A stretch of 64,000 nucleotides of DNA, taken from the NCBI GenBank assembly GCA_963736705.1, contig CAVTPV010000005.1, forward strand, positions 5,306 through 69,305, written 5' to 3'. Shown here one piece after another: positions 47,332 through 56,724 of this stretch; positions within the stretch are counted from its first letter, which is position 1, and each line of letters opens with the position of its first letter. The stretch is from an uncultured Actinomycetota bacterium (GTDB lineage Bacteria > Actinomycetota > Thermoleophilia > RBG-16-64-13). Both the position numbers and the translations under genes were made by a program. The notes below the pieces were generated by a model, which saw only the letters and a program-made list of their open reading frames with translations, was not told where the DNA came from and did no database searches.

Positions 47332-48511
47332 GTTCCCCCAGCCGGTAGGTGTAGCTGCCCATCTCGTTGTCGTACCAGCCGAAGATCTTGACGTGGGTCA
47401 CCGGGATGCGGTGCTGGTGCCGTCTGATGCGCACATCCACGAAGCCGGTGCGGGTGTGGGTCTCGACGCCTTCGATGGTCACGGCCGCGTCTTCGCCCAG
47501 CATGTCGCGGGACACGTTCTGTTCCGTGCTGAACTTCAGCAGGCCCTTGGACTCGCCCGCGGCCGCTTCCGCGTAGATGGCGTTGATGGCTTCGCGGTCG
47601 ATGTCCACGGTCCCGTCCAGGCGCTCCTCGGCCTGGAAGGTCACGTTGAGGACGATGAGGCTGACGGCGTCGGTGGGGATGCGCACCGAGTCGGCCATGA
47701 AGCCGATGCGGGCGATCTCGGGCATGACCTGCTCGAGAGCCTTGGCCGCGTTCGTCGAGGTGATGACGATGTTGTTCATGCCCGAGCGGGTCTTGCGCAG
47801 GTCGGTGGCGTTGGCCGCCGGCACCGCGTCCAGCAGCGGCTGGCTGTTGGTGACCGCGTGGATGGTGCTCATGCCGGCCGTGATCATGTTGCGGGTGAGG
47901 TCGCGGGCCAGGAGCGGCTTCATCATGTGGGCGAGGCCCGTGGTGGTGCAGGAGGCCGCCGACACGATCTTGTGCTTGCCCGGATCGTAGTCGAGGTGGT
48001 TGATCCCGTGGATAAGGACGGCCGTGTCATCCGGCAGCGGGACACCCTTCACCTTGCTCTTGAACGGGGAGCTGATCACGACCGCCCGGGCTCCGGCGGC
48101 CAGGTGGCCGCGGAGCGCGCCTTTGCCGTCGTTGCCTTCCGCGTACGGATCGCGGAACTTGCCGGTGCAGTCCACCACGAGCGAGACGTTGTATTCCCGC
48201 CAGGGGATGTCCTTGGGGTCGCGCGCGGTGCGCAGGAAGATGACGTCCTTGCCGTGGACCTTGCAGAGGCCCTTGTCCTCGTCGATCACCTGCAGGTCGC
48301 GCTTGCCGGTGCAGCCGTCCATCCACTGGTGGAGCTGGCCGTAGGTGCTGTCTTTGGCGAGGTACTCGAGGACGGACTGGAGGGAGGTCCCCACCGGCCG
48401 GCCGACGTTGACCACGAAGGTGTCGAAGTCATCGTGAGCCAGGTGGTACCAGAGGGTCAACTTGCCGATGCGGCCAAGTCCGTTGATTCCCAGTGTCCGA
48501 GGAGCAGCCAT
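47303..48511 (-). CDS. Glyceraldehyde-3-phosphate dehydrogenase family protein (divergent, 402 aa, intact)
   Basis: 'LGINGLGRIGKL' NAD-binding motif; catalytic 'SAASCTTTGLAHMMKPL' (compare canonical SNASCTTNCLAP); extra insertions relative to a standard ~335-aa GAPDH. Confidence 0.75.
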   Translation of the reverse strand: MAAPRTLGINGLGRIGKLTLWYHLAHDDFDTFVVNVGRPVGTSLQSVLEYLAKDSTYGQLHQWMDGCTGKRDLQVIDEDKGLCKVHGKDVIFLRTARDPKDIPWREYNVSLVVDCTGKFRDPYAEGNDGKGALRGHLAAGARAVVISSPFKSKVKGVPLPDDTAVLIHGINHLDYDPGKHKIVSAASCTTTGLAHMMKPLLARDLTRNMITAGMSTIHAVTNSQPLLDAVPAANATDLRKTRSGMNNIVITSTNAAKALEQVMPEIARIGFMADSVRIPTDAVSLIVLNVTFQAEERLDGTVDIDREAINAIYAEAAAGESKGLLKFSTEQNVSRDMLGEDAAVTIEGVETHTRTGFVDVRIRRHQHRIPVTHVKIFGWYDNEMGSYTYRLGELTAHVAKSL

Positions 48512-48650
48512 CTTCCGGTCCTTTCGCCGTTGATACGACCTGTCATGCGGCCGTGAACACGACCCTTCTAACACTACCACCGGTCTCGCGCCCGCTTCAC
48601 GCGCGCGTGCGCGACACCGTGCCGGTGGGTGAACCAAGGTGCTCCTGCGG

Positions 48651-51600
48651 CTACAGCACCCGGGCGATGGTGGGGATGCGCCCCAGGAAGATGTTCCCGG
48701 TCCGCCCGTCGATGGAGAGCCAGTCTCCCGCCTTGAGCTCGTGGCCGGCCAGGCGGGCTTCGCCGCGGTGCTCGTCCACCTCCAGGGCCCGGCAGTCGAC
48801 CACGGCGGTCTTGCCCAGGCGCTTGGCGGTGACGGCCGCATGTGAGGTGGCCCCGCCGCGGGCGGTCAGCAATCCCGACACCCGGGTGATCATGGCGATG
48901 TCCTCGGGCACCGTGTCGGGCCGCAGCAGCACGATGGGCTCGCCCGGCTTCTCCGCCAGCAAGGCGTCGATCTGGGCCATGTTCATGGCCACCCGTCCGG
49001 AGTAGGCGCCGCCGGCCACGCCCATGCCGACGGCCGCCGGCAGGACCGAAGCCCTTGGCCGAGGTGTCGAAGTACGGGGAGTCGGTGGTCTGCTCCTGTA
49101 CCATGGCCCGCTTCTGCAGGATGTACAGGTCCTTGGGGTCGTCCGATTCGAAGGTGAACTCGATCTCCTGCGGGTCGTGCTCGCGGAAGCCCACCAGGTC
49201 GCGGGCCACGTCCAGCAGGGCCTGGTAGACGCCGGGATGGTCCTTCTCCAGAGAATGCTCGATGCCCTTGTAGGTCGGGCTGCCCAGCCTCTGCGCCTCG
49301 GACACCGGCAGCGGGAACACCAGTCCGGCCACGAGGTCCTCGCCCTGGCTGCGGGCGGTGAAGTCTCCGAACAGCCGCACCTGGTTGCTGTGCGGCTCCA
49401 GCGGGTTGCGCGTGAAGGTGACCCCCGACCCGGATTCCCGGCTGAGGTTGCCGAACACCATGCGCTGGATCACCACCGCGGTGCCCCACTCCTCCGCCAC
49501 GCCCAGATACTGCCGGTAGAGCTTCGCTTCGGGCGAATCCCAGGAGCCCAGCACCTTGCGGATGCAGGCCACCACCTGGCGGAAGGGGTCGTCGGTGTAG
49601 CGCACCCCGAGTTCCCGGCCCCGCTGCTTGTAGGCGAAGGCCATCTCCTTCATGTGCTCCGGCAGGAAGTCCGACTTGCGCTCCACGCCGTAGCGGGCCT
49701 TGAACTCCGCGATGATGGCGTCGAACACGTCGCGGTCGATCCCCGAGGCCATGGCCCATGTCTGCAGGAAGCGGCGGTAGGAGTCCCAGGCGGCCCACTC
49801 GAAGCCCGGTTTGCGCGACAGCGCCTCCGCCAGCTTGTCGTTCAGGCCCACGTCCACGAACGTGGTCATGAGGCCGGGCATGGAGATGGCCGCGCCCGAG
49901 CGGATGGACAGCGTCAGCAACCGGCTGGGATCGCCCAGGCGGAGCCCCGTCTCCTTCTCCAGGTCGTCGATGGAGCGGCGCACCCGATCGAGCGTGTCGT
50001 CGAAGAGGGGGCGGTGGGCCATGGCCGGCATGGCGCTGAAGAGCTCGGTGGTGAGGATGAAGCCCTGCGGCACCCGCTGCTTGTAGGCAGCCATCTGCTT
50101 GAGGCCCAGTCCCTTGAAGCCCAGCGTCATCTGGTCGTCGGTGGGCGGGTTGGCCTTGTGGATGCGCGAGACCAGGCGCTCCGGGTCGTAGTTCATCATC
50201 CGGGTGAGCGCCGTGTTGCCCAGCTTGTCGGTGAGCATGGAGATCTGCCGCAGCACAGTGGACATGTAGCGGTCCAGGGATTGCATCCCCAGAGCCGACA
50301 CCAGGACCTCGCGCAGCACCATCTCGGCGACGGCGTCCGCGGACATGCACCGGGCCACGCACTGCCGGGGATCGTGCTTGAGCACGGTGTGCAGCACCTG
50401 GTCGTGGCTGAGGATGGAGGTGCGCGAGAGCTGGGTGACCGATCCCATGAAGAACTGGAAGACGTTCTGATACTGGTGGAAGGTGAAGTTGTGGCTGCTG
50501 AAGCTGGACTCGAGCAGGCGCAGGTTGGCGCCCAGGTTGCGGGAGTCCACGCCGTCGGCGGCCAGGGCGCGCTCGAAGCGGCGGATGGCGTCGGCCATGC
50601 GGCGCAGCGTGTCGCGGGTGACGTAGGGCTCCACTCCGACGGTCACGAGGTCGTCCAGCAGCACGGCCACCAGCCGCTCCACCCGGAACGACAGTCCCAG
50701 CGCGTCGAACTTGGGCTCGTTGTAGTTGCCGTACATCGACGGGATGCCCGCCGCGATGTGCCGCTTCTGGTAGATGTTCTCCACGGCCACCGACGGAGCC
50801 GCGCTGAGCACGATCTTCTGCAGCTCCTCCAGCACGGTCAGTGAGGCGTCGAGCAGGCGGTCGCGGGTGGCCGCGTCCGGGTCGCTCCGCCAGGCTTCGA
50901 GCGCCTTGAGGAAGCGCGCCCGGACCTTGGCGTCGAGTTGCAGGTGGTGGTCGACCGCGCTGCTGATGTTGTCCGTGGACAGCGAGTACTTCTCGGCCAG
51001 CAACTGGTGGGTGCGCAGCATGAGGGCCACCCTGCGGCGGGCGGTCTCCCGGGCCTCGTCGCCGTCCGGCAGCGTGTCGAGGAGCTGGACCAGCGCCTCG
51101 GGGGTGAGCTTGACGAGGTGGTCGAGCAGCTCGCGGACCGCTCGCCGTCCAGGCCCGAGGCACGCGCGGCCAGCTCCTGCAGCATCTCGTGCGGCTGCTC
51201 CGCCCAGTCCTGCTCCTCGCGGACCGCGTCGAACGTGTTGGCCGATAGGTAGGGCTGCAGAGGCGTCGGATCGAGCGTCACCCAGTAGCCGAGGATCTCC
51301 CGGCTGAAAGCCACCAGCCGGTTGGACGACTCGGCGTGCGACTGCTTGCGCACGAAGTGCATCAGGGTGTCCTGCCGCTGGCAGATCTCGTCGAGCTCGG
51401 TGGACACGGCCCGCAGCTCGCCCTCGGCGCCCACGTCGTTGAAGTAGACGGGGAAGGCGCGCAGCAACTGCTTGGCCACGAAGTAGATGGGCTTGATGTC
51501 GGCGTTGAGGAAGCGGGTGACGTCGCGCTGGAACAGGTCGGTGTCGGCGATGTAGACGCCGCCCAGCCGGAGCTGCACGTTGAGGGCCGCCGCCAGGCGC

Positions 51601-52818
51601 TCGTAGAGCGCGGGGTTCGACTCGATGATGTGCATCCAGCAGCGGATCTTCGGCAGGTGGAAGGGGTTGACCACCGTCTCCCACTCGTCGGTGGCGCCCT
51701 GGATCTCCGGATACTGGAACTTCCAGGACAGCACGTCCTCGATGAGGTGGTCGGCCGCCGCCACGTTGCCCGCCTGGCCGATGGCCATGCCGATGGCCTC
51801 GTAGCACTGGAAGCGCATCAGCAGGAACTGGTTGTCGCGCTGCCGGAAGAAGCGGGTGAGGCGGGCCAGGATGGTGTCCACGTCCATGTGCTGCTCGGGC
51901 GCCATGAGCTGCCGCACCACGCCCAGCAGGTCCACCATGACCTCGTTCTGCCGGTAGCCCAGGGTGTCGTCCTTGAGGAAGTACAGGCAGACGGCGAAAC
52001 GGTCCTCGATGTCGTCGATGCGGAACACCTGGTCGATCGCCCGGTCGAGGAGCGTGGAGAAGGGCGGAAGGTCGGAGGAGAGCAGCTTCTCGTCGGGTGC
52101 AGACTCGGCCCGGCGGATGAGCGCGGCCACGGCCTCGGGCGCCAGTTCGGTGAAGCGGGCGGCCACCGCGGGCTTGTCGGTGAGTTCGGCCTCGGGCGAC
52201 ATGGCCCACGCCGGCAGCGGCAGCCGCTCGGCCAGCAGGCGGTAGCCCAGCAGCAGCAAGGAGCGGAACAGGCCGGAGAACGAGGGCTCCAGCGCCGGGC
52301 GTTTGGCGGCCTGGCGCACCAGGTTGTGGATGAGGGTGTCGCGCTCCAGGAAGGCGAACGGCCGGAGCGGGAGTTCGCGCTGCAGCGTCTCGGCGATGCC
52401 GAGCAGGGGCTCGTCGTACGAGTCGGAGTGCGGCCCCCCGAGCGCGGTGGTGCTCCAGGTGATGAGCTGGCGCAGCAGCAGCGAGGTCTGCTGGGTGGTG
52501 AGCGGGGTGTCGAGCAGGTCGAGCACCAACTCGGACAGCAGCGTGAACAGCTCGCGTGCGGTTCTCAGAACGCTCGAAGTAGCTCCAGTTGCGGAGCAGG
52601 ATGGTCTGGAACCCGTCGATGAGCAGATCCACGTTGCGGAAGTTGTGGAAGTACTCGCTGAGCGTCTCCAAGAGCGGCGTCCGCACCCCGTAGTAGCCCT
52701 GCACCGCGTCCACCAGAGGCAGATAGCGCGGGGGGATGACCACCTCTTGGGCCGTGTTGCCGATGTTCGCCCGCAGGGCGTCGGAATCGAGGGGGATCTG
52801 GATGCCGATGGGCTCCAT
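48651..52818 (-). CDS. Giant (~1390 aa) PPDK/PpsA-like dikinase: ~900-aa uncharacterised N-terminal region + PPDK-type nucleotide-binding (PEP/pyruvate-binding family) domain + C-terminal PEP-utilising phosphohistidine domain; 3 frameshifts
   Basis: 'LLTLSIRSGAAISMPGLMTTFVDVGLND...' and 'VVIQRMVFGNLSRESGSGVTFTRNP' (PPDK N-terminal ATP-grasp module); 'LLTARGGATSHAAVTAKRLGKTAVVDC' (phosphohistidine mobile domain); no TIM-barrel PEP/pyruvate domain. Pieces in ORFs 48574..53862 (middle), 50838..52529 and 48651..49025; the ATG overlaps the corC stop (cTGATGg). Confidence 0.65.
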
Positions 52819-54166
52819 CAGTCCTCCCGGCCGTTGGCGGACCCGCGGCCGTTGGCGGCGTCGTCGGCCGTCCCGGTCCCGTCGGCGCCCTCGGCCTTGT
52901 CTTCCTCCGCTTCCGCTGCGGGTGAGCAGCACCCGGGAGATGCGCATGCCGTCGACCTCGGTGACCCTGGCATGGAAGTCGCCCAGCAGCACTTCGTCTC
53001 CCACGTGGGGCCGGCGCTGCAACTGCTCGAACACCCGGCCTCCCAGCGTGGGGAAGCCCTCTTCCGGCAGGTGCAGGTCCAGCGCGTCCTCGAGGTAGTC
53101 CACGCGGGTGCTGCCGTCCACCGAGAAGCTGCCGTCGGGCTGCGGTTCGATGGGCGGGGCTTCGAGGTCGAACTCGTCCTGCACCTCGCCGATGAGCTCC
53201 TCGACCACGTCCTGGATGGTGACGATGCCGGCCGTGCCCCCGTGCTCGTCCACCACGATGGCGAGCGGGGTCCGCGTGCTCTGGAAGCGCTGCAGCGCCA
53301 CCTCGATGTTGGCCGTCTCCGCGATGAACCCGATGGGCCGCAGCAGCCGGCGGAGCGTGCTGTTGCGGGCCGCCCGGTACAGGTCCTTGACGTGGATGTA
53401 GCCGACGATGTTGTCGACATCCTCTTCGAACACCGGGTAGCGGGTGTGGTTGGTGTCCTCGATCTCGGCGATGGCTTCGGCCACCGTCCTCGATGTGGGC
53501 AGGAAGGCCGTCTCGGTGCGGGGCACCATGATGTCGCTGACCGTCCGGTCGCCGAACGTGAGCGCGCGGCGCATGAGGGCCTGCTCCACCTCGTCGATGT
53601 GCCCGCCCTCCTGGCTGGCCTCCAGGATCATGCGGAGCTCTTCCTCGGAGTGGGCCAGGTCGCTCTCCGACGCCGGCTCGATGCGGAACAGCTTGAGGAT
53701 GCCCACGGTGCTGATGTACAGCAGCCAGGTGACCGGCCGGGTGATCAGGTAGAACCAGTGCAGCGGGATGGAGATCGCCAGCGTCGACTGGTCGGCCTTG
53801 CGGATGGCCAGCGACTTGGGCACCAGCTCTCCGAAGATGATGGTGATGAACGTGATGAGCACGAAGGCGATGACCGCTGCCCAAGCCGGGGCTGACGGCC
53901 AGTTCGAACAGGTCGCCGAACGCGACGGCGCCCAGCCAGCCCAGGCCGAGGCTGGCGGCGGTGACGCCGAGCTGGGTGGCGGACAGGTAGGCGGCGAGGT
54001 TCTTGAGGATGTGGTCCGCCACTCGCGCGCGCCGGCTGCCCTCGGCGGCCAGCTCCGCGATGCGGGTGTCGCGCACCTTGACGATGGCGAACTCGGCGAT
54101 GACGAAGAACGCGTTCACGATGATGAGGACGACGACGCCGAGGATCTCGAAGGCGGTGCGGCTCAT
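52816..54166 (-). CDS. CNNM/CorC/HlyC-family protein (DUF21 TM domain + CBS pair + CorC_HlyC), about 2 frameshifts
   Basis: 'MSRTAFEILGVVVLIIVNAFFVIAEFAIVKVR...' DUF21; 'VSDIMVPRTE...IAEIEDTNHTRYPVFEEDVDNIVGYIHVKDL' CBS; 'GSFSVDGSTRVDYLEDALDLHLPEEGFPTLGGRVFEQLQRRPHVGDEV' CorC_HlyC. Confidence 0.7.
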
Positions 54167-54173
54167 CGGAGAC

Positions 54174-55268
54174 TCACCCGCGGACGGGGCAGGGGTGGAG
54201 TACGAAGACTTCGGGAGTATGCAGAGGCATCCATTTTGCTATGCCCAAGGATAGCATCAGCGGCTCTACTTGGCCGCCGCCCGCTCCCAGACTCGCCTCG
54301 ATGACCGGCCTGAGCACCCCCCAGGCCTCGTCCGCCGTCTCCACGTACTGGAAGATCTCCAGGTCGGCCGGGGCTATCACGCCCTCCTCCACCATCCCCC
54401 GGAAGTTGATCATCTTCTCCCAGTACTCCCGCCCGAAGAGCAGCACGGGCATGGGCTTGATCTTCCTGGTCTGGATGAGCGTGAGCACCTCGAACAACTC
54501 GTCCAGGGTGCCGTAGCCGCCGGGGAACACCACCAGGGCTATCGCCCGGAGCAGGAAGTGCATCTTGCGGATGGCGAAATAGTGGAAGTTGAAGCACAGG
54601 TGGGGCGTGATGTACTCGTTGGGTCTCTGCTCGAAGGGGAGCACGATGTTGAGGCCGATGTTGTCCACGCCGATGTCGTGAGCGCCCCGGTTGGCGGCCT
54701 CCATGACGCCCGGGCCTCCGCCGGTGACCACTACCACGCTCCCCTTGTCGTGCCGGATGATGCAGGATTCGTCATCCGCGGCGCGCTCGTCCTCGACGCC
54801 GCAGATCATCTGGGCCAGGCGGCGGGCCTCGTCGTAGTAGCGGCTCTTCTTGACCAGCGCCTGCACGGTCCGCAGACGCGCCGCGGCGTCCGCGTCATCC
54901 GGGTCCTCGGCGGCCTGCCGTTCGGCCTCGGCCAGGCGCCCGGCGGCGTCTTCGGGCGCGGGGATGCGGGCGCTCCCGAACACCACCACGGTGGCGGCGA
55001 TGCCCCGGTCGCGCATGAGGATGTCGGGTTTGAGGAACTCCAGCTGCAGACGGGCGCCGCGCAACTCGTCGCGCATGAGGAAGTCGGGGTCCTCATAGCT
55101 CAGCTTGTAGGCCGGGGACTCCGTCTGCGCCGTCTCGATGTCCATGCGGGCGCGCAGCCGGTCCTCGTGGGCCGACGGGAAGGGGCGCACCACCGGCGGA
55201 GGCTCCGGGCGAGGCTGCTCGGCGTCCTCGGGGATCGCGATCTTGTCAGGATCCACCTTGCCGTCCAC
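54174..55268 (-). CDS. LOG-family (TIGR00730 / PpnN-like) nucleotide 5'-monophosphate phosphoribohydrolase homolog with N-terminal extension, intact
   Basis: 'VVVFGSARI...' Rossmann start; 'VVTGGGPGVMEAANRGA'; 'ALVVFPGGYGTLDELFEVLTLIQT'. Confidence 0.7.
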   Translation of the reverse strand: MDGKVDPDKIAIPEDAEQPRPEPPPVVRPFPSAHEDRLRARMDIETAQTESPAYKLSYEDPDFLMRDELRGARLQLEFLKPDILMRDRGIAATVVVFGSARIPAPEDAAGRLAEAERQAAEDPDDADAAARLRTVQALVKKSRYYDEARRLAQMICGVEDERAADDESCIIRHDKGSVVVVTGGGPGVMEAANRGAHDIGVDNIGLNIVLPFEQRPNEYITPHLCFNFHYFAIRKMHFLLRAIALVVFPGGYGTLDELFEVLTLIQTRKIKPMPVLLFGREYWEKMINFRGMVEEGVIAPADLEIFQYVETADEAWGVLRPVIEASLGAGGGQVEPLMLSLGIAKWMPLHTPEVFVLHPCPVRG

Positions 55269-55276
55269 GGCACCTA

Positions 55277-56622
55277 CCCCTCTGTGCGCTTGTCGACCAC
55301 CCGCTGGGCTTTGCCTTCTTGCCGCTCGATGGAGCCGGGCTCCTTGAAGTTCACGCCCACGTTGACGCCGATGATGTCCTTGATGTTCTTCTGGATGTTG
55401 GACTTCAGTAGCAGCATCTTCTCGTGCTCGGCGAAGGTGGCGACGTCGTCCATCGAGAGGATCGCCTCGGACACCTCGTGATAGAGATCCTGCTTGATCT
55501 CCACTTCCACCATCAGGTTGTCCATGGCGCCCTTGCGGGTGACGATGAGCCGGTAGTGCGGCTCCACCTGCGGCGACATGAGCAGCACCGACTCCACCTG
55601 GCTGGGGAAGACGTTGACGCCGCGGATGATGAGCATGTCGTCGGTCCGGCCCGATACGCGGGCCATGCGGGTGTTGGTGCGGCCGCAGATGCAGGGTTCG
55701 GTGGTAAGGCTGGTGATGTCGCCCGTGCGGTAGCGGATGAGCGGGAAGGCTTCCTTGGTGAGAGTGGTGAACACCAACTCACCCACGGAGCCCTCGGGCA
55801 GCACTTCGCCGGTCTCCGGGTCGATGATCTCGGGCAGGAAGTGGTCGTCGTTGATGTGCAGCCCGTTCTGGGCCTCCACGCACTCGCAGGACACGCCCGG
55901 GCCGATGATCTCGCTGAGGCCGTAGATGTCGCAGCCCTTGATGTTCCACTTCTTCTCGATGTCGGCGCGCATGGCGTTGGACCAGGGCTCGGCGCCGAAC
56001 ACGCCCACCTTGAGCGGGAACTTCGTGACGTCGATGCCCTGCTGCTGGGCCACGTCGTAGAGGTAGAGCATGAAGCTCGGGGTGCAGCAGATGACCGTGG
56101 TGCCGAAGTCCTGCATGAGCATGATCTGGCGCTGGGTGTTGCTGCCCGAGATGGGGATGACCGCCGCGCCCAGGCGCTCCGCGCCGTAGTGGGCGCCCAG
56201 GCCGCCGGTGAACAGGCCGTAGCCGTAGGCCACCTGGACCACGTCGTCGGCGGTGGTGCCCGCCCCGGCCAGGGCGCGGGCCATGACGTCGGCCCACATG
56301 GCGATGTCGTTCTTGGTGTAGCCCACGGTGGTCGGCTTGCCGGTGGTGCCGGAGGAGGCGTGGATGCGCACCACGTCGCGCAGCGGCACGGCGAACAGCC
56401 GAAGGGATAGTTGTCGCGCAGGTGGTACTTGCGGGTGAAGGGCAGGAGCGGCAGATCCTGGATGCCGCGGATCTTGTCCGGCGAGACGCCCTGCTCGTCA
56501 AAGAGGGATCTATAGAAGGGGACCCGATCGTAGACACGTTTGGCCAGGGAGACGAGGCGCTCGCTTTGCAGCTTCTCGAGTTCCTTGCGGTCCATGCATT
56601 CGTGTTCGCGGTCGAAGATCAT
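55277..56622 (-). CDS. paaK: Phenylacetate-CoA ligase family (PaaK / coenzyme F390 synthetase-like) adenylate-forming enzyme, 1 frameshift near 56395
   Basis: '[21 protein letters not shown]...[20 protein letters not shown]' + '[27 protein letters not shown]...[25 protein letters not shown]...RYRTGD'. Confidence 0.75.
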
Positions 56623-56724
56623 CTGCGGGTACCCCTAGCTATGACGGTTATGCAGCCGCCAGATGGTATAGGCGGGGCGCTATAGCGTCAACCGCCGGAC
56701 ACCGAACGCGGGGCTTTCCTCCTG

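Noticed and set aside
48574-53862. 1762-aa ORF on the minus strand taken as a single giant gene
   Set aside because: It is a read-through chimera in GC-rich sequence. Its N-terminal third is the CorC/HlyC gene, its middle is the dikinase, and the low-complexity Arg/Pro/Gly stretches in between are out-of-frame translation. The real genes are recovered by switching frames (52816-54166, 48651-52818).
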